Shown: positions 1-8,856 of the stretch, in pieces
How the letters are laid out: each line of letters starts with the position of its first letter
Position numbering within the stretch: the first letter of the stretch is position 1
The notes under the pieces: generated by a model
Seen by the model: only the letters and a program-made list of their open reading frames with translations
Database searches by the model: none
Told to the model about the DNA's origin: nothing
Made by a program: the position numbers and the translations under genes
Assembly: GCA_038891615.1 (NCBI GenBank)
Contig: JAWADY010000002.1
Coordinates: 64,994-128,993 of the forward strand
Reading direction: 5' to 3'
Source: Candidatus Woesearchaeota archaeon
GTDB taxonomy: Archaea; Nanobdellota; Nanobdellia; Woesearchaeales; ARS49
DNA length: 64,000 bases

Positions 1-2
1 CA

Positions 3-881
3 ATGTCAAAAAACGTCTTTGCGTTTAAGAAAGCACCGCCAGAATATCCCTACTCCCCATTCCCAAAACCGCCAATATTTCCTTCTGCACCAACATACGG
101 CTATTACGGTGATATAAGTATAGTGACTGAAAAAAGACTTTCTGCGGAGCTGAGCTCATACATAGAATCAAATATCCAAAGCTGCACTGATTGGTCAAGC
201 TTTGCACAGAAAGGGATTGATGTAAAAGTTGGTAAACCATCAGCGGATGTCCTTTTTGGAGACTCTGACACAACAGTCTCGCTTAGGTGGCGAATAGAGG
301 CAAAAAGCGGCCAGGCAGAAGCGGTCATAAACAAATTTGCAGCAAGCATTCCGGTTAGAATGAAGGTTGTACGTAACTATGCTCTCGAGATAGCCTCAAA
401 TGACACCCTTTACTATGACTATGAGCCTAGCAGTGCTCCAGCAGTCCAGGTTTTCAAAAGGGTTGATGGCAAAAGCGACATAATTCAAATCACAGATACG
501 CTTTCAAAAGTTGACACAAAACCGTTTATCTTCAGGTTTGCAAGAAAGAATAGGCCTCCTGTGCTTTTCGATTCTGATATTAAATTGCGATTTAATGAAA
601 TTTTTGCTTGCCCAGGCGATGTTATAAGTTTTGATGGCAAGACATTCAAAATAACTAAACAAAATGGTGACATTCGCTTTTCTTTTGCACCAAATGCAAC
701 AGATTTTGATGAAGATTCTAGTTTATCATTTAATGTTTCTGATAGAGGTGGTGAGCCCTTTCCTTTAAGCACAACTCAGCAAATGGCAAATATTGGTAAA
801 AGAGAACTAAGAATAGAAGTCAGTGATGGTCTTGAAAAAGATTGGTATGATGCAAGCCTGACTTTAAAAACAAAATGTTAA
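3..881 (+). CDS. Hypothetical protein, possibly 5'-truncated at the window edge. Its stop overlaps the start of the giant surface-protein gene (ATGTTAA overlap), so the two are probably co-transcribed.
   Basis: Long ORF beginning at base 3. No recognisable catalytic motifs. The TAA at 879-881 overlaps the ATG at 875 of the next gene. Confidence 0.45.
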   Translation: MSKNVFAFKKAPPEYPYSPFPKPPIFPSAPTYGYYGDISIVTEKRLSAELSSYIESNIQSCTDWSSFAQKGIDVKVGKPSADVLFGDSDTTVSLRWRIEAKSGQAEAVINKFAASIPVRMKVVRNYALEIASNDTLYYDYEPSSAPAVQVFKRVDGKSDIIQITDTLSKVDTKPFIFRFARKNRPPVLFDSDIKLRFNEIFACPGDVISFDGKTFKITKQNGDIRFSFAPNATDFDEDSSLSFNVSDRGGEPFPLSTTQQMANIGKRELRIEVSDGLEKDWYDASLTLKTKC

Positions 882-3800
882 GAAAAGAAGTTATTGGAAT
901 CTTTGTAGTGCTGTTCTTCGTAGTAATTGGAATCGCGGTCATTGCACAGGAAGAAAAAACAGGTTGTTGTTGTGATGAAAATGGAACTGCAATGGATTAC
1001 AGTCCTTTCCATACCCAAAATGAGTGCACTGATCCATTCACCATTCTTGTTCCACTTTCTTCAGAAAACATAAGCAAGTATACTCCTGACAACATCTCAA
1101 AAATATGTATAGACGCTTGTGGTGGTGCAGCCCCTAAGCCTTTACCATTGCCACTTGCTCCAAAAATAACTTTTTTTAAAGCAGAACCGTTGATGGGCCA
1201 AAAGAAATTTTTGCTCACCTGGGAGATAAATCAAACACCAAATGTCATCTATATAGACAGGTGCAAAGGAAATGACTGCACTAATTTTGGCAACATTGCA
1301 ACCTTTGCTGGAACCTCAAGGTCTTATGTCGATGATGATGCAAGCCTTGAGTGGCTAACAAATTACACCTACAGGTTGAGGATTGTCAATACAATTACAA
1401 GCCCACCACAAGAATCAAGCATGACAGCATCCTCAAGCCTTGGCGACATTGAGTGCTGGAATCGATTCGACAAAACTCCTTTCTGCATTTCAGAGTACTA
1501 CTATTGGAATGAGCCTATTCAGAGCTATCTCAAGAATTTTGGCTATTTTGGTTTCAGTTTCACTGATAATTTTGCAAGACAGGTGCGGACTGTTTTTGGA
1601 GTAACAAATCTTGACCACATAGGAAAGCTCGACTCAAGATGTCATGTGGTTGGCATAAACAGACTCAGTCAGTCTTCCTCAAGGTGCAAGAGCAACGAGA
1701 CTTGCCTTGTTGTGGATTCAAACACAATCTGCATAACCCCTTCACCTTGCGATACAAGCTTTAATGCAACCTCTGCTTCTTGTGAAAACACCCCTTCAGG
1801 TACTCCAAGCTATTGTTTCTCTGATAAGAGCCAAAGTGTTATTGAGCGCTGCTACAGTTGTGATAAAAGGATGAGCTGCTATGACTATCGTTCAAAAGAG
1901 GCCTGTGAGAGGGATGCATGCGGAATTGGAGATTGTATATGGAAGCCAACTTATGGAGCAATTGGAGTTGGAGTTTGCATCAATCCTTCTCAAAACAACT
2001 GTCTGCTTTGTGACAAGAAAACAGGAGACCTTCTTTCAGGCTTGGATTCAAAAAAATGGCCTAGTCTTTTGGCTTATAATGAGCTTTTTGACGCCTGCTC
2101 ACAGCTAAAGGCAGAAGCTCTTGGCAAATGCCTTGCCGTGACAGACCCTTCAACAGGAAAAACTTCTCCAAAGACTTGCGAACAAGCAACCTGCAGCGAT
2201 TATAAAACTCAGCAAGAATGTAATGCCGACACTTGTGGGTTGGGAATATGCAAATGGTTTGACTCACCCACCTTCCGCGGCTGTGCAAAGGATGCTGACA
2301 CCCCTCCTCAAGCCCCTGCAACAGATAGTGATGGTGATGGTATTCCTGATTGGTGGGAAATCAAGTATGGTTTGAATCCTAACAATCGTGATGATGCTGG
2401 TAGTGATTCTGATGGTGATGGCTTGAGCAATTTGGATGAATGGTTGCGTGGGACCCTTCCAAACAATCCTGATAGTGATGGTGATGGTGTCTCTGATCTT
2501 AATGATAATTGCCCTGGTACTCCTTCAAACACTTTTCAAGTTGATAGCAATGGGTGCCCTCTTCCTGTTAGTGATACCACTGATTCTGATGATGATGGTA
2601 TTCCTGATTGGTGGGAAAGAAAGTATGGTTTGAATCCTAACAATCCTGCTGATGCTGGTAGTGATTCTGATGGTGATGGCTTGAGCAATTTGGATGAATG
2701 GTTGCGTGGGACTCTTCCTAACAATCCTGATAGTGATGGTGATGGTGTTTCTGATCTTAATGATCAACATCCTGGTACTCCTTCAAACACTCAAGTTGAT
2801 AGCAATGGGCGCCCACCTCAAGGCAATGGCAAGCCGGATTGCATTGATCCAAACACAGGTGAAATAGATCCTGCGTGCGAAGCAGACAAGTGGTCACCTG
2901 AAACAGTCATTATCCCTGTGGGTGACAGAGGGGCTGTAAAATACCTATACATACAAATTACTGACCAGTTCAAAAGCACAGGTGAAAAATTAACTATTGC
3001 GCACTCTGGAACTGGAACAAAGGCAGAGTACTTTCCTAAAGGCTACAGCACTTTTCTTTGCGTTGGTAGCCTTTGCTCACCAAATGTTCGTGTGAACGCA
3101 ACTCCCTTGACTGTTGTAAATGGCTTCTTGACAATAAATGGTAAGCCTCTTGGACTGCAGCTTAAGGATGGTTCCAACATCTTAAGATTCTACTCACAAG
3201 ACCCTGCAAATAATAATGAACAAGTTAAGCAGCTAGAGGTGAATGCCTGCACAGGCTGTCAGGGACCTGCTCTCATTACTCCAATTGATATCGAAGGCGC
3301 AAGAATTGTAAATGGTGAGTATTATACAAAGCTAACACAGCCGCAAATAAAGCTATCCTTTGATGCAAAGGCAGAACTTGTTTTAAAGAGGCTTGTTTTT
3401 GGCAATTCTTTTACTGAGCTTAGCTCAAGCCCACAATCCGGCTTCAGCCAAAACTACACATTACTACCTCCTGAGCTAGCAGAAGCAAAGTATGTTCTGC
3501 AAATAAATGCTCGTGGAGAAAATGGAATCTCGAGCTCTAATACGCCTTACAGCTTCAATTTGACGATAGACAAAACCCCGCCACTCCTTTCATTCAATGT
3601 TGAACAAAACAGCATCTTAGAAAACCCAGACCAGTCTTTTGTGCTTAGCTTTAATGAGCCTGTCTTTGTTACTTCCATTTTTTTCGATGAAGAGCATGTT
3701 GCTCAAAATGGTCGCAAGTATGTTTTTACAAGAAATCTAACCTCTGAACTCAAGCAAGTGAATAGCAGCAAATATAACCTAACTGTTAATGGAATTCCTG

Positions 3801-6355
3801 ATGGGCATGTTGCGCTAAGAGTTACAGCAGAGGATTATGCCGGAAATACAATGGCTTCTGTGCTAAACTTTATTATTGACTCAACAGGCCCGGTCATTTC
3901 TCTGGCACAACCACTATTCGGAATTTCTGACAAGACACCATTTGACATTGTCGTTGAAACAGACCAGCCAGCTATCTGCAGATATTCAACAATTCAAAAT
4001 GTTGACACTGCGAGCATAAGCTATGATGCAATGGCAAAGTTCTACATACCTGAAAAACAAACCGCACAGCACATCATACAAGGCTTTGACGAGCTCACAG
4101 GAAAGCCAGAAAACACGCCCTGGAGGTTCTATGTTGTTTGCAAGGATGGCAAGCAACGCCAGTCTAACGAAACCTTCTGGCTGTCCGTTGATTCTGCTCC
4201 TCCAAAAATAACAGCTGCTTATGCAGAACCAAATCCAATCGTTGAGTACACAGACAGTGAGCTGCTAACAACACTGAAAGTCTCAACAGAACGCAGCTCC
4301 TTCTGCAGTTACAGCACAACAACCACGAGCTTTAGCCCTGAAAATGGTTTTGAAGGGACAGGCATAACTCCAAGGCAAGCGCACAATGCTGTGGTTAAAA
4401 TAACCACTTCTCCGACAACTTATAACATCGCTTGCATTTCACCAACCGATTATGGCAAAGCTGCGCCAAGAACAGCAACAGCAACAATAAAAATCACTGT
4501 TGACGTTGCAGCACCACTAACCATTTCCTGCAGCTATTGCCCTTCATTCTGGAATTCTACCACAAAAAACATATACCTGACCACAAACAAGCGCGCGCAA
4601 TGCTTCTGGACACTTGACAAGACAACCACTTCTTTTGGTACAGTTGGATATGAGCACAGCACCACTCTGAAAGTGCCATCTCTTGGCGAGAAAAAAGTGC
4701 TCTTTAGCTGCAATGCAGGCGCCCAAAGTGCAACCCTTGAGTATTCATTTCTTGTAGACAACAGCCCTCCTGTAATGCTCTATGTTAGTGATAACTCAAG
4801 CCTTAAAGAAGATACAGAGCATAGCTATTTCACAGATAGGTTAAGGGCAGCATGGCTCGGGCAGGATAATGAAAGTGGAATAACACGGTATTATTACTCT
4901 TTAATCGAAAAGGCAAACAACGCTGTTGTGATAAATTGTTCACCTGGCTCTCAACAAAACAATTGCCGATTCTCAACAGTACTTGATGGAAATTTCTTTG
5001 ACATTACGCAGGACCATAATGGAAAGTCGCTCAATTTAACAGACGGCTTTAGTTATTTCTTGAAGGTTTGGCCCCTAAATAGGGTTGGTCTTCTTGGAAA
5101 TCCAATGGACTCGGATGGAGTTGTAATAAACAAAAGCAAAAAGCCAGCTCACTGCAGCGATGGAATAACAAATGAAGGCGAATCAGGGCAGGACTGTGGT
5201 GGAGAGTGCGAGCCTTGTCCTGATGGTCAGCCTTGTAGGTCTGATTCGGACTGTCTCTCAAAAACCTGTATAGAAGGTTCGTGCAAGGCTCCGAGCTGTA
5301 CAGATTTAAGAAAGAATGGTAATGAAAGCTCAATCGATTGTGGTGGGAGCTGTCCAACAAAGTGCGAAGCTGGTAAAAGTTGTAACACTGACAGCGATTG
5401 CAAAACAGGACTAAGCTGTATATCTGGTGCATGCGCAGAACCAACAGCTTGCGAGAATGGTATACTTGATGGGCTTGAAACAGACATTGACTGCGGAAGG
5501 GTTTGTCCAACAAAATGCGCAGCTGGAAAGGGCTGTCTTGATAATAAAGATTGCGCTGATGGGCTATATTGTGTTAGTGGTGTTTGTTCTTCAACAACTC
5601 CAACCGCTGATTCTGATGGTGATGGTGTCACTAATGATCTTGACCAGTGCCCAAACACTCCGAAAGGTGAAAAAGTAGATAAAAACGGTTGTTCAGCAAG
5701 CCAGCGTGACACCGATGGAGATGGCATGAATGATGCTTGGGAGATACGCTATGGCTTTGATCCTGAGAATCCTGCTGATGCTTATACAGATGTCGATGCT
5801 GATGGCCTTAGTAATCTTGAGGAATTCAAGTTAGGAACTGATCCAAGAAACCCAGATACTGATGGTGATGGTTGGAGTGATGGGGCTGAGTTCAAGGCAG
5901 GAACAGACCCTCTAGACCCTGCCTCAAAGCCATCCGCCCCTATTGTGAGAGCTTTGCCATGGCTGTTGCTTGTTGCAATCCTTGCCATAGCCGGTTACGC
6001 AGCTTACAAGTACAGGAAGCAAATTGCTGCAATTTTTGTAAGGAAAAAGGTAATTCCTTTGCCAAAGCCGCCTGTGGTGTGGAGACCGCCACCAAGGCCT
6101 GTCCAAAGAGTTGTGCGTGTTCCAACAAGAGCAGAGTTAATCATTGAACAGCTTAGAAAGATTGCCCGAGCTACAAAGGCTGAAGAAGAGGAATACATTC
6201 CTGTAGAAGAGCTTGCCAGAAGGGCAGCTGCGCTAGAGCCAACAGAAGAAGTACTTAAGCATCTAAAGGCAGCAGTAAGAAAAAGCCCTGAGTTTGCAAG
6301 GGCTGCAGCTGCCCAGCCAAAGCTCAGAGCGATGCTCAAGAAAAAATCAAAATGA
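875..6355 (+). CDS. Giant cell-surface protein of 1826 aa. N-terminal hydrophobic signal/anchor. Central Cys-rich regions and Ig-like-looking stretches. Multiple TSP3 Ca-binding repeats (DxDxDGxxDxxD). Four tandem Cys-rich modules of about 45 aa. C-terminal single TM helix followed by a basic Pro/Lys-rich cytoplasmic tail of about 115 aa.
   Basis: Uninterrupted 5.5 kb ORF. N-terminus MLRKEVIGIFVVLFFVVIGIAVIA. Repeated DSDGDGIPDWWE, DSDGDGLSNLDEW and DSDGDGVSDLND motifs. CGGxCxxC..C..DSDC..G.C..G.C modules. TM segment ALPWLLLVAILAIAGYAAYKY near the C-terminus, then RKKVIPLPKPPVVWRPPPRP. Confidence 0.8.
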   Translation: MLRKEVIGIFVVLFFVVIGIAVIAQEEKTGCCCDENGTAMDYSPFHTQNECTDPFTILVPLSSENISKYTPDNISKICIDACGGAAPKPLPLPLAPKITFFKAEPLMGQKKFLLTWEINQTPNVIYIDRCKGNDCTNFGNIATFAGTSRSYVDDDASLEWLTNYTYRLRIVNTITSPPQESSMTASSSLGDIECWNRFDKTPFCISEYYYWNEPIQSYLKNFGYFGFSFTDNFARQVRTVFGVTNLDHIGKLDSRCHVVGINRLSQSSSRCKSNETCLVVDSNTICITPSPCDTSFNATSASCENTPSGTPSYCFSDKSQSVIERCYSCDKRMSCYDYRSKEACERDACGIGDCIWKPTYGAIGVGVCINPSQNNCLLCDKKTGDLLSGLDSKKWPSLLAYNELFDACSQLKAEALGKCLAVTDPSTGKTSPKTCEQATCSDYKTQQECNADTCGLGICKWFDSPTFRGCAKDADTPPQAPATDSDGDGIPDWWEIKYGLNPNNRDDAGSDSDGDGLSNLDEWLRGTLPNNPDSDGDGVSDLNDNCPGTPSNTFQVDSNGCPLPVSDTTDSDDDGIPDWWERKYGLNPNNPADAGSDSDGDGLSNLDEWLRGTLPNNPDSDGDGVSDLNDQHPGTPSNTQVDSNGRPPQGNGKPDCIDPNTGEIDPACEADKWSPETVIIPVGDRGAVKYLYIQITDQFKSTGEKLTIAHSGTGTKAEYFPKGYSTFLCVGSLCSPNVRVNATPLTVVNGFLTINGKPLGLQLKDGSNILRFYSQDPANNNEQVKQLEVNACTGCQGPALITPIDIEGARIVNGEYYTKLTQPQIKLSFDAKAELVLKRLVFGNSFTELSSSPQSGFSQNYTLLPPELAEAKYVLQINARGENGISSSNTPYSFNLTIDKTPPLLSFNVEQNSILENPDQSFVLSFNEPVFVTSIFFDEEHVAQNGRKYVFTRNLTSELKQVNSSKYNLTVNGIPDGHVALRVTAEDYAGNTMASVLNFIIDSTGPVISLAQPLFGISDKTPFDIVVETDQPAICRYSTIQNVDTASISYDAMAKFYIPEKQTAQHIIQGFDELTGKPENTPWRFYVVCKDGKQRQSNETFWLSVDSAPPKITAAYAEPNPIVEYTDSELLTTLKVSTERSSFCSYSTTTTSFSPENGFEGTGITPRQAHNAVVKITTSPTTYNIACISPTDYGKAAPRTATATIKITVDVAAPLTISCSYCPSFWNSTTKNIYLTTNKRAQCFWTLDKTTTSFGTVGYEHSTTLKVPSLGEKKVLFSCNAGAQSATLEYSFLVDNSPPVMLYVSDNSSLKEDTEHSYFTDRLRAAWLGQDNESGITRYYYSLIEKANNAVVINCSPGSQQNNCRFSTVLDGNFFDITQDHNGKSLNLTDGFSYFLKVWPLNRVGLLGNPMDSDGVVINKSKKPAHCSDGITNEGESGQDCGGECEPCPDGQPCRSDSDCLSKTCIEGSCKAPSCTDLRKNGNESSIDCGGSCPTKCEAGKSCNTDSDCKTGLSCISGACAEPTACENGILDGLETDIDCGRVCPTKCAAGKGCLDNKDCADGLYCVSGVCSSTTPTADSDGDGVTNDLDQCPNTPKGEKVDKNGCSASQRDTDGDGMNDAWEIRYGFDPENPADAYTDVDADGLSNLEEFKLGTDPRNPDTDGDGWSDGAEFKAGTDPLDPASKPSAPIVRALPWLLLVAILAIAGYAAYKYRKQIAAIFVRKKVIPLPKPPVVWRPPPRPVQRVVRVPTRAELIIEQLRKIARATKAEEEEYIPVEELARRAAALEPTEEVLKHLKAAVRKSPEFARAAAAQPKLRAMLKKKSK
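2324..2830 (+). repeat. Near-identical tandem duplication of two copies of about 258 nt inside the giant surface-protein gene. Each copy encodes an 86-aa TSP3-repeat block. A third degenerate copy is near 5608-5940.
   Basis: Copy 1 at 2324-2581 and copy 2 at 2582-~2830 share long identical strings (gattctgatggtgatggcttgagcaatttggatgaatggttgcgtggga...). The protein blocks are DSDGDGIPDWWEIKYGLNPNN...DSDGDGVSDLND and DSDDDGIPDWWERKYGLNPNN...DSDGDGVSDLND. Confidence 0.8.
5146..5590 (+). repeat. Four tandem Cys-rich modules of about 45 aa, encoded by about 135-nt units, in the C-terminal extracellular part of the giant protein.
   Basis: Protein segments CSDGITNEGESGQDCGGECEPCPDGQPCRSDSDCLSKTCIEGSCKAP / CTDLRKNGNESSIDCGGSCPTKCEAGKSCNTDSDCKTGLSCISGACAEP / CENGILDGLETDIDCGRVCPTKCAAGKGCLDNKDCADGLYCVSGVC share the same Cys spacing. 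Confidence 0.6.
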
Positions 6356-6852
6356 GACTTGGCCAAATAGTTGGGCAAATATTTCTTTTCTTGTTGGCAA
6401 CAATTGTTTTTGTTTTTATAGTTGTTTATGGCTATCGCGCAATAGGCAACCTTGTTGCAAAAGGTGAGCAAGCAGACCTAGTGCGATTCAACAGCGAGCT
6501 CAGTTCCGCAGTTAGTGCTATATCCCTTGACTATGGCAGCGTGCGTTGCCTAGAGCTCAGCCTTCCAAAAAGATATAGAACCTTTTGTTTTGTCGGGCAG
6601 GAGCCTGACATAGGCGCACTTTCCTTGGTCAGCCCATTAATTGCAAGTGCTGTCCAGTCAGGGATTAAGCAAAATGTTTTTTTAATCCCCCCTTCACCGC
6701 TTCAACTATATCTAGAAAAGGCAACGACAAAAGCAGAGGGAGGATTTTTTTGCATAAATACAAGCGGACCAACAAATCGCTTGCTACTCAGGCTTGAAGG
6801 TGGCGCAGGAGGAATTGCAGAGCTACAAAAATGGCAAGGAGCAAGCTGTTAA
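6352..6852 (+). CDS. Small pilin-like or membrane protein with a class III-like N-terminus (RLGQIVGQIFLFLLATIVFVFIVV).
   Basis: Start overlaps the stop of the giant gene (ATGA). N-terminal basic residue followed by G-Q and a hydrophobic segment of about 22 aa. Confidence 0.4.
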   Translation: MRLGQIVGQIFLFLLATIVFVFIVVYGYRAIGNLVAKGEQADLVRFNSELSSAVSAISLDYGSVRCLELSLPKRYRTFCFVGQEPDIGALSLVSPLIASAVQSGIKQNVFLIPPSPLQLYLEKATTKAEGGFFCINTSGPTNRLLLRLEGGAGGIAELQKWQGASC

Positions 6853-7820
6853 TTCCAAAGCACAGAAAAGGCCAGATAGAAGCGCCAGTAAGTTGGATAT
6901 TCATACTTATTGCAGGAGCTGTAATCCTTCTTTTTTTCTTTTCAACAACCATTAAGTTGCGTGACATTGCAAAACAAAAGCTTTCAATAACCCTTTTGTC
7001 AAACTTAGATGCACTCATCTCTAGCTCATCCGTTGCAAAAGGTACAAGCCAGCTGCTGCCGATTTATGACCAGCAACTTGTTTTTGAATGTACACAGGCT
7101 TGTCTTTGCGAGCTTTCAGTCCTTGGCGCAAAAAAGCCATTTAAAGACAGGCTGATTTTTGCTCAGCAAAAGGTTTTTGGAAGAAATGCGCTATTTTGGG
7201 CTCTTGACTGGAAGGAGCCATTCAGGATTGCTAATTTTCTTTACATAACAGACAGCTCAAGCAAATATTGGTTGGTTGGGGATTCGAGCAGCGAACCACT
7301 TAAGACAATAAAGTTCCTCCTTCCTAAGAATCTTAGTGCGGAGTTCGTAGACTCCACCCAAAACATCAAGCCAGGAAATTTCAAGAAAAGCAGGATTGTT
7401 CTTTTTGACAAAGCACTGGATGAAAGCCTTGCAGATAGTTTTCCCAAAGCATCTGAGCTAACATTACTTGTTGTCAACACCCAGAACAAAGAGCTTAAGT
7501 GGTACAAGAGAAAAGGTAGCAAGCTGGAAGTGCTGTCAAATGAAGGGGCGGATAACTACAAAAGCATTCCCCATCTTTTGGGAGCAATTTTTAGTGACGA
7601 GCCGCAGCTTTACGCCTGCCAACAAGCAGCTTCTGAGGACAGGAAAGCGGCCATAAAAGAAATCTATGTTGCACGTGTGCAAAAATTGATGCAAATTGTG
7701 CCAGAAGAACGTGGTTGCAGCGCGCTTTACGAAGAGACGTTCAAAAACATTAACGCTCCTGAGGCGCTTGAGGAGATTAATGAGGAATTGCTAAAAAAGA
7801 GTTGTCCAACAATATACTAA
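6831..7820 (+). CDS. Pilin-like protein with a class III signal peptide (RKG|QIEAPVSWIFILIAGAVILLFFF).
   Basis: KGQ motif followed by a hydrophobic helix, as in archaeal type IV pilin precursors. No other recognisable domain. Confidence 0.45.
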   Translation: MARSKLLIPKHRKGQIEAPVSWIFILIAGAVILLFFFSTTIKLRDIAKQKLSITLLSNLDALISSSSVAKGTSQLLPIYDQQLVFECTQACLCELSVLGAKKPFKDRLIFAQQKVFGRNALFWALDWKEPFRIANFLYITDSSSKYWLVGDSSSEPLKTIKFLLPKNLSAEFVDSTQNIKPGNFKKSRIVLFDKALDESLADSFPKASELTLLVVNTQNKELKWYKRKGSKLEVLSNEGADNYKSIPHLLGAIFSDEPQLYACQQAASEDRKAAIKEIYVARVQKLMQIVPEERGCSALYEETFKNINAPEALEEINEELLKKSCPTIY

Positions 7821-7821
7821 A

Positions 7822-8352
7822 ATGGCAAACAATGCATCTCCAAGCAAAAAGGCTCAGATAAAGATGTTTGAGAATATCGCTGTCCTCGTGATATTCTTTT
7901 TTCTTCTGGCTTTTGGTACAAGCTTTTACTTTACACTTCAAAAAAGTTCCCTTCAGCGTGAAATGGAACGCATTGCGCAGCTTGGAAACATTCAGCAGGC
8001 GCTTAGGCTTACATTCTTACCAGAGCTTGACTGCTCATTTGCTGCTGTACAAACTGAAAATTGTTTTGACAGGCTTAAGTTTGATGCTCTTGCAGATCAG
8101 CTTAAACCAGGTAGCCAGCGATGGCTTGAGTACTCTGCAATCCTTGGTTTTACTAGTATAAAACTAAAGACTGTTTATTCCAGCCTCTCTCCCCCGCCTG
8201 AAGAGAAACTTCTGTACGAAAGAAAGCTGAACGCAACTGCAATTCGCACAGAGATTCCTGTCTTGATTTGTGAAAACGGTTGCGACCCGCTAAATCAAAG
8301 CTATTCCTTCGGCATCCTTGAGGTGACAAGCTATGTTAGAAGGGCAACCTGA
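7822..8352 (+). CDS. Pilin-like protein with a class III signal peptide (KKA|QIKMFENIAVLVIFFFLLAF).
   Basis: KAQ motif plus hydrophobic helix. Tightly packed with its neighbours (2-nt spacing). Confidence 0.45.
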   Translation: MANNASPSKKAQIKMFENIAVLVIFFFLLAFGTSFYFTLQKSSLQREMERIAQLGNIQQALRLTFLPELDCSFAAVQTENCFDRLKFDALADQLKPGSQRWLEYSAILGFTSIKLKTVYSSLSPPPEEKLLYERKLNATAIRTEIPVLICENGCDPLNQSYSFGILEVTSYVRRAT

Positions 8353-8854
8353 TGGCATTGCTGTGTTGAAGGGATTAAAGAGAGCAAAAGGCGGGCAAAT
8401 GGAAATAATTGGTCTAACAATCATCATTCTTCTTGTTATAATTGGGGTGCTTTTTGGAATACAGTTTGTGCTCAAGGCAAAGCCGCCCACAATTGGACGA
8501 GAGTTTAGGGAATCGCAGTACGCAGCCAACTTCCTAAGCACTCTTACAGGTACAACAAGCGCATGTAATGGTTTGAGCATCACACAACTTTTACAGAACT
8601 GCGTGACAAGGACAGGGATTGACTGTCCATCAGGAAAGGGTGCTTGTGAGGAGGTTGAGGCTCTTATAGAAACAATCCTTGATAAAACAATTGGCAAGTC
8701 GGGACAAAACAGAGCATACCAACTTATGGTAAAAGGCAGCAACATTGACATTACTAAGTCTAATCGGGGAGGATGTCCGGGCGAAAAAGAGGTTGCAGAA
8801 CACACACTTCCAACAAGAGCTGGAGTAGTTTCTATACGCCTCGAGTTGTGCTAA
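8333..8854 (+). CDS. Pilin-like protein. The true start is probably the in-frame GTG at 8363 or the ATG at 8399, which would give RAKGG|QMEIIGLTIIILLVIIGV.
   Basis: Class III-like motif followed by a hydrophobic helix. The ORF-track start overlaps the previous gene by 20 nt, which argues for a later start. Confidence 0.4.
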   Translation: MLEGQPDGIAVLKGLKRAKGGQMEIIGLTIIILLVIIGVLFGIQFVLKAKPPTIGREFRESQYAANFLSTLTGTTSACNGLSITQLLQNCVTRTGIDCPSGKGACEEVEALIETILDKTIGKSGQNRAYQLMVKGSNIDITKSNRGGCPGEKEVAEHTLPTRAGVVSIRLELC

Positions 8855-8856
8855 AA

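Noticed and set aside
2525-2770. Minus-strand ORFs with ITIRIT-type repeats inside the giant gene.
   Set aside because: These are antisense translations of the GAT-rich TSP3 repeat DNA, not genes.
5227-5727. 166-aa minus-strand ORF overlapping the Cys-module region.
   Set aside because: It is antisense to the uninterrupted 5.5 kb gene, with no motifs.
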